Of a stretch of DNA of 64,000 nucleotides, positions 48,481-58,800 are shown piece after piece (position 1 is the first letter of the stretch; every line of letters begins with the position of its first letter). The translations under genes were made by a program, and so were the position numbers. The notes under the pieces are model-generated. The model worked only from the letters and a program-made list of their open reading frames with translations, ran no database searches and was not told the DNA's origin. The stretch is from Planctomycetota bacterium. Its GTDB lineage: Bacteria; Planctomycetota; B15-G4. The DNA lies in contig CBDFJQ010000002.1 in the NCBI GenBank assembly GCA_965248575.1, positions 4,640,001-4,704,000 on the forward strand, read 5' to 3'.

Positions 48481-50484
48481 ATGAGCCATCACACGACGGG
48501 CGACACGCGGAACATCGCGCTCATCGGGGGCCCGGCCACGGGCAAGACCACCTTCGCGGAGGCCGTTCTCTTCGCGACCGGGGTCATCGACCGGATGGGC
48601 AGTATCAGTGACGGCCATACGGTCAGCGACTTCAGCGCGGCCGAGCAAGAGAAGCAGCATTCTCTCCAGTCGTCCTTCATGTACACGGACCACAAGGGTT
48701 GTCACTACAACCTGCTCGACGGGCCGGGGTATCCCGACTTTGTCGGTGAGGCGACGTGCGCACTCGCCGGGGCTGAGACCGCCTTGCTCTGCGTGCATGC
48801 GGGCCAAGGACTCACCTTCCCAGGACACAAGATCTGGGACCTGGCAGCGCGCATGGGTCGCGCACGCGGGGTCCTCGTCACGCACATCGACGAGGTGGAG
48901 TTCGACCCCGAGCAACTGGTCGCGCAGCTGAATGAGGAACTGGGTGTCCGTTGCATCCCGCTGAACGTGCCGCAAGGCACAGGCGCGAAGCTGGAGGGCG
49001 TGACCAACGTTCCGCTCGGCGAGGGCGGCGCGCTGCAGGAGCACCGCCAGCGCTTGCTCGAAGCCATCGTGGAAGTCGACGACACGGTCATGACGGACTT
49101 CCTGGAGAACGATGTCTTGCCGGCCGAGGACCAGGTCCACTCGCTGATGACCCGCTCCATACTGACCGGTGATGTGGTCCCGATCTTCTTCGTCTCGTCT
49201 ACAACGGGGAAGGGTGTGCAGGAGTTCTTGGACTCAGCCTCCATCGCGTTGCCCTCACCGCTCGACGGCCCCTTCTACAAGGACACCGAGGGCAACGACA
49301 TCGACCCCACCGTGGAGGACCCCACGGCGCTGGTCATCAACGTGGCCATCGACCCCTTCATGGGCAAGCTGTCCTTCCTGCGCATCGTGAGCGGCAAGCT
49401 GACGTCGGGGGCGGTGCTGCACCTCATGCGCACGGGCAAGAACGAGAAGCTGGCGCACCTGCAGCTCATGCAGGGCAAGGATCACAGAGAGGAGCACGAC
49501 GCCATCGCGGGCGAGATCATCGCCGTGGCCAAGCTGGACGACCTCGAGATCTCGGACACTATCTCTGCAGGCAACGAGCGCACTGTCGAGCCGCTGCCCA
49601 TGCCGAAGCCCATGGCGGCTCGCGCCATCGAGCCCGCCAACCACTCAGACGATCTGAAGCTGACTGAGGCCATCCGGCGAGCGGCGTCCGAGGACCCTGC
49701 TTTCTCCCTCGAACGGGATGAATACACGGGAGAACTGATCGTGCACGGCACGTCAATCGTCCACATCGAGACCGTGCTGAAGCGCATCACCGAGCGCACC
49801 GGGGTGGTGATCAACGTCGCTGTGCCGCGCGTCGCGCTGAAGGAGACGGTGACGGGAAGCTCTCCGGGTCACCACCGACACAAGAAGCAGACGGGCGGCC
49901 GTGGGCACTTTGCCGAGGTGTCGCTGGTGGTCGAGGCGGCCGAGCGCGGTGGGGGGCTCGACTTCATCGACGAGACGGTCGGAGGTTCCGTGCCCAAGCA
50001 GTTCATCCCGGCAATCGAGAAGGGCGTCCGCCAGGCGATGCAGGAAGGCATCATCGCCGGCTACCGGGTGGAGGACGTCACCGTGCGGGTGAAGGACGGC
50101 AAGTTCCATGACGTCGACTCCGACGAGGCCTCCTTCAGGCTGGCAGGCGGGCGCGCCTTTCGGGACGGCTTCACCAAGGCGCGGCCCGTGCTGCTGGAGC
50201 CGATGCTCGAGGTGGAGGTGGCCGTACCGAGTCGATTCATGGGCGCCATCACCTCTGACATGACCGGTCGCCGCGGGCAGATCAACGGCATGGATGCGCT
50301 GGGCGACCTGCAGGTCATCAAGGCGCGGGTCCCGCAACGGGAACTGCTCACTTACCCCACCGTGCTGCACTCGCTGACGTCAGGCGAGGGCTCCTACTCA
50401 GCGGCCCTTCACGACTACGAGGTGGTGCCAGCCAACATCCAGCAGGAGCTCATGGCCGAGTACAAGCCGAAGGACGACGACTGA
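48481..50484 (+). CDS. fusA2: Elongation factor G paralog (EF-G2) with a degenerate G domain
   Basis: RNIALIG...GKTT, DGPGYPDF, EDP, HKKQTGGRGHF, GGSVP...AIEKG, DGKFHDVDS, PVLLEP and RRG: full EF-G domain order. Confidence 0.93.
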   Translation: MSHHTTGDTRNIALIGGPATGKTTFAEAVLFATGVIDRMGSISDGHTVSDFSAAEQEKQHSLQSSFMYTDHKGCHYNLLDGPGYPDFVGEATCALAGAETALLCVHAGQGLTFPGHKIWDLAARMGRARGVLVTHIDEVEFDPEQLVAQLNEELGVRCIPLNVPQGTGAKLEGVTNVPLGEGGALQEHRQRLLEAIVEVDDTVMTDFLENDVLPAEDQVHSLMTRSILTGDVVPIFFVSSTTGKGVQEFLDSASIALPSPLDGPFYKDTEGNDIDPTVEDPTALVINVAIDPFMGKLSFLRIVSGKLTSGAVLHLMRTGKNEKLAHLQLMQGKDHREEHDAIAGEIIAVAKLDDLEISDTISAGNERTVEPLPMPKPMAARAIEPANHSDDLKLTEAIRRAASEDPAFSLERDEYTGELIVHGTSIVHIETVLKRITERTGVVINVAVPRVALKETVTGSSPGHHRHKKQTGGRGHFAEVSLVVEAAERGGGLDFIDETVGGSVPKQFIPAIEKGVRQAMQEGIIAGYRVEDVTVRVKDGKFHDVDSDEASFRLAGGRAFRDGFTKARPVLLEPMLEVEVAVPSRFMGAITSDMTGRRGQINGMDALGDLQVIKARVPQRELLTYPTVLHSLTSGEGSYSAALHDYEVVPANIQQELMAEYKPKDDD

Positions 50485-50560
50485 GCGGTACGACCGCGCG
50501 ATCAATCAGGCAGTGTTACCGTGGGCGCGAGCTTCGAGCGACCTGAGCGGGAGACATCTG

Positions 50561-52555
50561 ATGAGCAGCGACTTCGCAACGGCCCCGGTCTTGCGCTCGA
50601 ATTCGTCCCCGGTTGCGTGCTCGGTGCGCTGTCGACTCCTGTATCTGGTGGTCCTGTCGGTCGCTCTGTGCGCATCCACCGCCAACGCGCAACTGACCGG
50701 CTTCGACAGCTTTCAGTGGCAGCTGAAGGGGGACGCCTACTCGGTGGGCACGACCCTGGACGACACGACCATGAACGTCGTAGGTCCGGACGGCTCCTGC
50801 ACCACAACCCATGTCTGGTACGAGACCGGGCCCATGCCGGGCGGGGCCGTGACGGTTCAGCTCGACTGGACGATCCTCGACCTGTGTCACTTCGACTGGC
50901 CCATCTACGTGCTGGATGGCGCCGTGACAAAGATCCCCACGGACGGGTCGGGCGGCCTGGGCTGCTTCCTCAACAACCAGATCGAGGTGACGATCGAGGT
51001 GCCTTCCGGTTCCACCTTTGGCCTGGGTGTCGGGAGCGCAGACTGCCTGTACGGTGGAGGCACCGCCGTCTACACCGGCTTCCAGTACGACCTCGATCCA
51101 CGCGACCAGAGCTACTGGGTGGACTACGGCAACGCCCTGGATCCGCGGCTGCTGCAGTCCCTGACAACGGGCCCCACGGACACGACCTTCGGTTCTGGCC
51201 TCGCGTTGCCGGGCGATCTGGATGGGGACGGCCTCGACGACGTCGTGATCGGCACCCCCTTCGGCACCTCGCCCCACGTCGAGGCACATTCGGGCGCCAC
51301 CGGTGCCGTACTCTGGACGAGCAACGGCGCGTTCAGCTACGGCTATCGGCTCGCATCCGTGAGTGACGCCAATGGCGATGGCCTGCGGGACATCGTCGTC
51401 GCCAACTTCCAGATCCAAGAGGTCAGCCTCCAATCCGGCGCTGACGGCAGCACCCTCTGGACTTGGGCCTCCACCGTCGGCCAGGCGGGCTTCACCGTCG
51501 CCGTTGTGGGCGACCTGACCGGCGATGGCATCGACGAGATCGCGGTGTCGGGCAACCCCGCGCCGGTCCTCTCGGGTGTGGACGGCGCCGAGCTGCATCT
51601 GCTCAGCCCCGGAGGCAACGTCGCCACGGCGCAGGATGTGGACGACGACGGCGTCGACGACATCCTGGTCTACACCACGACCACAGGCTTGCACGTCTTC
51701 AGCGGAGCGAGCGGCCTCGAGGTTCTCACGATCCCCGAGCCCTCCGGCTTCCAGGGCACCCAGTTTGGCCAGTACGCGGTGGGGGCGGGGGATGTTGACG
51801 GCGACGGTCATGCGGACGTCCTCGCATCTGCCCACGACGCCACTTCACCATTCGGTTCTCCGAAGGCTGGCGCCGTGCTGCTCTTCAGTGGTGATACGGG
51901 CGCGCTCATGCAGACGACCTTCGGGGGCGATCCGAATCGGCAGTTCGGCAACGGCCTCCAGGGTGGGCTCGACACCGATGGGGACGGTTCCTACGAATGG
52001 GCGGCCTTCCAGTTCTTGCCGCCCTTCGGTCTGGGCCGCGGCCAGCTGAGTGTCCACGAGGCCAGCAATGGGGCCAAGCTGTTCACGCTCCCGGACGTTG
52101 ACGGTGACGACTTCGCCGGCAACACGCCTGTGGCTCGGACGACGGCGTTTGGCACGGCATCGCTTGCCTACACCTCGTTTTCGGTGGACGTTCCCCGCTC
52201 GGTGATGCTGCTGGACCAGCTGGCCCATCCCGGGCCGCCCAAGCTGACGGGGGGAGGCACGCCGATCCCCGGCGCGGCCTGGTCGCTGTTCCTCACGAGC
52301 GGTCAACCGCACGCCACAGCGGCCATCGTGCTCGGCCTCTCGACCCTCTCGCAGCCCTTCCTGGGCGGCGTGCTTGGGCCCAACCCAGACCGGATCCTGC
52401 TCTTCACGCTGGACGCCAATGGGCGCCTCAACGGCTCAGGCGTGTGGCCCGCTGAGGTGCCGGCGACGGTCCCGGTCTGGATCCAGGCTTGGGTCCAGGA
52501 CGCAGTGGCGTCCGAGGGCTGGTCCGCCAGTAGGACACTGCGGACGGTCCTCTAG
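50561..52555 (+). CDS. Secreted FG-GAP/VCBS repeat protein with shared C-terminal domain
   Basis: Repeated GD.DGDG..D and SGA.G motifs; signal peptide ANA-Q; C-terminal LDANG...WP...IQAWVQD...SAS. Confidence 0.88.
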   Translation: MSSDFATAPVLRSNSSPVACSVRCRLLYLVVLSVALCASTANAQLTGFDSFQWQLKGDAYSVGTTLDDTTMNVVGPDGSCTTTHVWYETGPMPGGAVTVQLDWTILDLCHFDWPIYVLDGAVTKIPTDGSGGLGCFLNNQIEVTIEVPSGSTFGLGVGSADCLYGGGTAVYTGFQYDLDPRDQSYWVDYGNALDPRLLQSLTTGPTDTTFGSGLALPGDLDGDGLDDVVIGTPFGTSPHVEAHSGATGAVLWTSNGAFSYGYRLASVSDANGDGLRDIVVANFQIQEVSLQSGADGSTLWTWASTVGQAGFTVAVVGDLTGDGIDEIAVSGNPAPVLSGVDGAELHLLSPGGNVATAQDVDDDGVDDILVYTTTTGLHVFSGASGLEVLTIPEPSGFQGTQFGQYAVGAGDVDGDGHADVLASAHDATSPFGSPKAGAVLLFSGDTGALMQTTFGGDPNRQFGNGLQGGLDTDGDGSYEWAAFQFLPPFGLGRGQLSVHEASNGAKLFTLPDVDGDDFAGNTPVARTTAFGTASLAYTSFSVDVPRSVMLLDQLAHPGPPKLTGGGTPIPGAAWSLFLTSGQPHATAAIVLGLSTLSQPFLGGVLGPNPDRILLFTLDANGRLNGSGVWPAEVPATVPVWIQAWVQDAVASEGWSASRTLRTVL

Positions 52556-52871
52556 GCGTCCTCGGCGTCGAGTTTGGACTCGTCGGGACGGGCTCCGCTC
52601 GCACGCCCCACGAGGGTAAGCGACACAGTGGTCGCCTAAGCTTCCACGGACGGCCGCGAGAAGCATTATTGCTTGCGCGATTCAGAGATCGCCGCAACAC
52701 TTGGCGCCTCGCGGAAAGAAGCCGGGTCAGGCACATCCGGTCGCGTCGAGCCTCTTTTCACTTGCACCATCGGGTCCCCTCACTCCCCCGACTGGTGCAT
52801 CTTCGTCTCCACACCGTTCTCTCGCGGGCCGGGCTTCCCGACGAGCGAAGGGCACCAGGAATCGACACCTC

Positions 52872-55800
52872 ATGCTGCGCACCCTGACCACTCTGGTGGC
52901 CGTTCTGGCCATCTCCGGAACCGTCTTCTCCCAGACCAGCAACTGGACCGGCACCAACAGCAACGTCTGGAACGACCCTGGGAACTGGGACGCTGGCGTG
53001 CCAACTGCCGCGACCACGGTGGTCATCCCGTCCTCGGCCGCGGCCTTTCCCTCGCTCTACACGACGGGGCCCAGCTGCAACGACCTCACCATCGACTCGG
53101 GGGCGAGCCTGACCCTGAGTTCGGGCTGGGACCTCTCAGTCAGTGCGGGACTGACCATCGACGGCACGCTCACCGTGACGTCCACCACCAGCAACATCGC
53201 GGTCATCGGTGGCTGGGTGAACAACGGCACGTTCACCGACGGCGGGTCGACCGTGACGCTCAACGGAACGGCCAGCCTGGGCGGCAGCTCGTCCACCACC
53301 TTTCAGAACCTCACGGTTGCGAGTGGGACGAGGACGCTCAGCACGGCCATGTCCGTGGACGGCGACCTCGAGCTCGCCACCGGATCCGGCTTGGACCTCG
53401 GCAGCCTCACGCACACCGTGGCGGGCAACTGGACCTCGTCCGGGGGCTCGATCACCGTCACCGGAACGGGGACCATCGAGTTCACCGGCGACGGTCAGTT
53501 CACGACGCTGACCAACAGCGTGCCCAACGTGCTCATCAGCGGTGGCACCCGGTCCATGAACACGAGCACCATCTCCGGCGATCTGGGTATGACCGGCGGC
53601 ACGCTTCAGGTCCTCGACTTCGCCGTCGTCGCCGTGACGGGTGACGCGAACCTGTCCGGGGGCACGCTAGCCTTCTCGGGTCTGTTCAACGGTTTGGACA
53701 TCCTGGATGTCGAAGGGGCCGTCACGCTCACGTCCACGGCAGGCACCTCGAACGCAGACTCGGTGATCCGGGTGGCGGGCGCCTGGAGCAGTACCAGCGC
53801 CTGGACACCCGGTTCCGGCACCGTCGAAATGGACGGCGCGGGCGCAGGCACCATCGGCGGCGCCTCGCCAACCTTCGCTGGCCTGCAGATTTTGAGCGGT
53901 ACCCGGACGGCGGGAGCGGCCACGGTCGGCGGCGATCTCACCGTGGATGCGGGCGCCTCGCTCGTGAGCACCGGGGTTGCGGATGTGAACGGCGATGTCT
54001 CGCTGGGAACCACCGGCTCGTGGGATCTGGGCGCGTCCACGCACACGGTGGATGGCGACTGGATTTCGGCCGGCGGCTCGGCCACTGGCGCGGGTGGTGT
54101 CGACTTTGACGGCGATGGCGTGCTCGATACGGGCACCGCGACCATCTCCAACGTCACCGTCAGTTCGGGCACGCGCACGGCGAACACTTCGGCGGTGACT
54201 GGCGACGTCGCCCTGACGGGTGGCACCCTGCTGGTCGGTGACGACCAGACCTTCTCGATTGCGGGCAACGCCAACTTCAGCGCGGGCACGCTCTCATGGC
54301 CCGCGACGGCCGTCGGCTTCTTCGACGCCCTCGTGGTGGACGGCAACGCCACGGTCACGTCGACCTTTGGTACCGGTTCCACGTTCTCCCGCTTCCGGGT
54401 GGGAGGCGACTGGAGTTCGACAAGCGCCTTCAATCCCACGGCGGGTGCCATCTCTTTTGATAGCGGGAGCGCCGCGAACATCGGTGGCACGGCCCCCGTG
54501 TTCCATGACCTGGCCGTCTCCAATGGCAGCAAGACCCTGACGGCTGCAGCCACGGTCTCTGGCAGCTTGAGTGTCGCATCCGGCCACACCCTCACGCTCT
54601 CCGGGGTCGACCTTGCGGTCACAGGCGACGCCACGGTAGCCGGCACCCTGGCCCTCAACAGCCAGGTCCTTGAGGTCACGGGCGACTTCACGAGCATCGC
54701 AGGGGGTGCCGTCGTGTCTGGCCCCGGAACGCTCGAGTTCACCGGGGTCGGGACAACGAACACGGGTTCGAACGCTGTTCCTGACGTGCTCGTCTCCGCT
54801 GGAACGCGCAGCTTTGCGACATCCAGCATCGCGGGCAATCTGGATGCTTCCGCCGGAACAGTAGACATCGGTGACAACGCCACGCTGACCGTCAGCGGTG
54901 ACGTCAGCTTTGCCGTTGGCAGTACTTTGGGCTTCATCGATACCACCGGCGGCTTCGAGACGCTGGACGTGGCAGGCGACGTCAACCTGTCGGCAACCTC
55001 TGGCACGACGACTGCCAACACCCTCATCAACTGCACGGGCAATTGGACGTCTGACGCGAACTGGGTTCCCCTGGCTGGCCGTGTCCGGCTCACTGGCGGA
55101 GCCGCCACCGCGAACGCGACAAACCTGCCCGACCTCCTGGTCTTGAGCGGTGTGAAGACACTCACCGCGGCGACGTTGATCTCGGGCAATGTCTCCGTCT
55201 CCACGGGCGCCACGCTGGACGCGGACGCCGCCCTGGATGTGGACGGCAACGTGATCCTGGCCAACGCCACCGCCGTCTGGGACATGGGCACGTCCACGCA
55301 TACGGTGGCTGGCGACTTCACCTCCTCGGGCGGTACGGCCATCGGCACGGGGGCGATCGCCTTTGACGGAACCGGAACCCTCGCCACGGGCGGCGGCAGC
55401 ATCTCCAACGTCGAAGTGACCGGCGGCACGCGTACGGCTTTCGCGACGAGCATCACGGGGGACCTGGGACTGTCCGGCACCGGCATCTTGCTGATCGGTG
55501 ACGATGCGACCGTCTCCGTCACCGGCGACGCCAACCTGCTGGCTGGAACACTGTCATGGTTCGGGACGCCCAGCGGCGGCTTCGATCTCCTGGATGTGGG
55601 CGGCAATGTGACGCTCTCCGCAGCCTGGGGCGGCGGCAGCTCACTCTCCCGATTCCGTTGCGCTGGCGACTGGAGTTCCACCAGCGCGTTCGCGCCGCTC
55701 GCCGGCTCGGTCTCGCTGGACGGCGGCTCGGCGACCACCGTCGGCGGCGCTTCCCCGACCTTCTTCGACCTCGCCATCCTGGACGGTGACAAGACCATCA

Positions 55801-58800
55801 ACGCGGCCACTTCCGTGGCGAACGACCTCGTTGTCGCGTCGGGCCAGACGCTCACGCTCTCTGGTGCGGACGCCAGCGTGGCCGGTGATGCGACCGTCGC
55901 GGGCAGCCTGGTCATGGGCGGCCAGACCTTGACCGTGGCCGGTGATTGGACGAGTGACGGCGGCGGCGCCGTGCTTACCGGCCCTGGCACCATCGAATGG
56001 TCGGGGACGGGCACCTCCCTGGGCGGCGTCAACGTCTTGCCTGACGTGCTCGTGAGCGGCGGTGTCCGTACCTTGGACACGCTGGTGTTGGGTGGCGATC
56101 TGGACGTCACCGCCGGGACGGTCGCCATTGCTGACAACAGGACGGTCACTGTCGCCGGGGCTGCGACCCTCGCGGTGGGCTCCACCTTGAGCTTCCTCGA
56201 CACCACCGGCGGCTTCGAGGTGCTCGACATCGAGGGCGCCGTGATCTGCTCGGCAACGAGCGGCACGACCTCCGCCAACTCCCTCATCGACGCGGCTGGC
56301 GACTGGACCTCGGATGCCAACTGGGTGCCCGTTTCGGGTCGCGTGCGCTTCGATGGCGGAACCACGGCCACGGTCTCTGCCACCAACCTGCCCACGGTCG
56401 TCGTGCTCAGCGGCACCAAGACCGTCTCGGTACCGTCCTCCGTGTCCGGCAACCTGAGCGTTTCCAACGGCGCGCAGCTGGTGGCAAGTGCAGCGATTGG
56501 CGTCGCAGGGAGCGTCAGCCTGGGTGACGGAACCTCCGGCTGGGACCTCGGCACCTCGACGCACACCGTGGCAGGCGATTGGGTCGCTGTCGGCGGTTCG
56601 GCAACGGGGCTGGGCACGGTGGAGTTCACCGGCCCGGGAGCGCTCAGCACATCCTCCGGCTCGATCTCCAACGTGGACATCACTGCCGGACTCCGCACGG
56701 CGGCGGATTCGGACATCACCGGCGACCTATCCATGTCGGGCACGGGCACTCTGCTCATCGACGACGACACGACGGTCTCGGTGGGCGGAAACGCCAACCT
56801 CACCGGCGGGACGCTCAGCTGGGTGGGAACCACCACGGGCGGCTTCGACGTGCTGGATGTCGCGGGCGACGCCACGATCATGGCGGCGTTCGGCGGCGGC
56901 AGCACCTTGTCGCGCCTGCGTGTGGCTGGCAACTGGGCCTCCTCCTCGGCCTTCACCCCGACGGTGGGTGTGACCTCTCTGGATGGGGCGAGCGCGACAT
57001 CCATCGGCGGTACCGATCCCACCTTCTTCGACTTGAGCATCACGGACGGCAGCAAGACCATCGTGTCCAACGCCTCGGTCGATGGCGCCCTGAGCATCGA
57101 TGCGCTTCAAACGCTGACGCTCTCCTTGGCTGATGTCAGCGTGGCGGGGGATGTGAACGTGCTCGGCACCTTCGACATGGCCGGCCAGACCGCTACGGTG
57201 GCCGGCGACTGGAGCAGCGATGCCGTGGGCTCCGTGCTCACTGGGCCAGGGACCATCGACCTGACGGCCGACGGCACCCTGAGTACGGGCGCGAACACGG
57301 TGCCAGGCGTGACCATCAGCGGCGGTGTCCGTACGGTCACGACCAGCACCATCGACGGGCCCTTGGACGTGACCGGCGGGACCCTGCAGATCGCCGACAA
57401 CAGCACGGTCCTCGTCACGGGCACTGCGACCATGGCGCTGGGTACCACGCTGGCCTTCGACGACACGAGCGCTGGCCTCGAGACGCTGGATCTCGACGGT
57501 GACGCCGACATCGCCGCCACGGCTGGCGCGATGACCAACAACACCATCATCGAGTGCTCTGGCAACTGGATCTCGGACGCAGCCTTCGTGCCAGCCGGGA
57601 GCCGCGTGCGCTTTGACGGCGGTACCGTCGCCACCATCGACGGCCCGAGCTTCGGCACCGTGATCATCTTGGACGGCGTCAAGACCATGAACGGCGCCGC
57701 CACGCTCAGTGGCAACCTGAATTTGGCGAGTGGTGCCTCCCTGGTGACTGGAGCGGCGCTGGACATCGATGGCGATGTGTCGCTGCTGGACGCAACCGCC
57801 AGCTGGGCCATGGGTGCCTTCAACCACCAGGTCTTCGGCAACTGGACTTCGACGGGCGCGAGTGCCACGGGCACCGGCACCATCGAGTTCGACGGAACGG
57901 GAACGCTGGACACCGGCACGGGCGCCATCGGCAACGCGCTGGTCAGCGATGGCACCCGCACCATCCTGGGCGCGACCATCAGCGGTGACCTGGCCATGAC
58001 CGGCCTGTCGACGCTCTTCATCGAAGATGATGGGACGCTCAACGTGGACGGCAACCTGAACCTGTCGGGCGGAACGCTGGAGTGGTTCGGCACCGGCACT
58101 GGGTTCTTCGACGTCATCGATGTGGCCGGTGATGCCACCATCACGGCGGCCTTTGGCGGTGGTAGCTCGTTCTCCCGCCTGCTCGTCGGTGGCAACTGGT
58201 CGTCTTCTTCGGCTTTCAACCCGGCGGCAGGCCAGGTCTCCTTGAACGGCGGCACGGTGTCGACGATCGGCGGTGCATCGCCCACCTTCTTTGACGTGTC
58301 TGTCTCCTCGGGCGACAAGACAGCTGTGTCGAACGTCGCCGTGGGCGGCAACCTCACGGTGGTCGCTGGCCAGTCGTTCACGCTTTCCGCAGCTGATCTC
58401 AGCGTGGACGGTGCGGTCACGGTCGCCGGCAGCCTGGATCTCGGGGGGCAGACGGCAACCGTCATCGGCAGCTGGACCAGCAGCGGGGCCGGGGCGTCCG
58501 TCGCAGGCCCCGGCACGATTGTCTTCACCGGGACGGGGACCCTCGCCACAGGCGCCAACTCCGTGCCCGATATCCAGGTGACGTCCGGTCTGCGGTCCGC
58601 CGCCACCAGCACCCTCGCGGGCGACCTCGATGTCAGCGGCGGGACGCTGAGCATCCTGAACAACTCGACGGTCACGGTGGCTGGCAACGCGACCCTGACA
58701 GGCTCGACACTCACCTTCGTGGACACCAGCGGCGGCTTCGAAATACTGGACGTGGAAGGCGACGTGCTCCTTACGGCCGCCTCCGGTGGGAGCTCGGCGA

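Noticed and set aside
2123..51835. Many other long overlapping alternative-frame ORFs (e.g. 2123-3781, 30615-31949, 45917-47521, 50516-51835)
   Set aside because: Arg/Pro/Ala-rich or antisense translations lying over well-supported genes.
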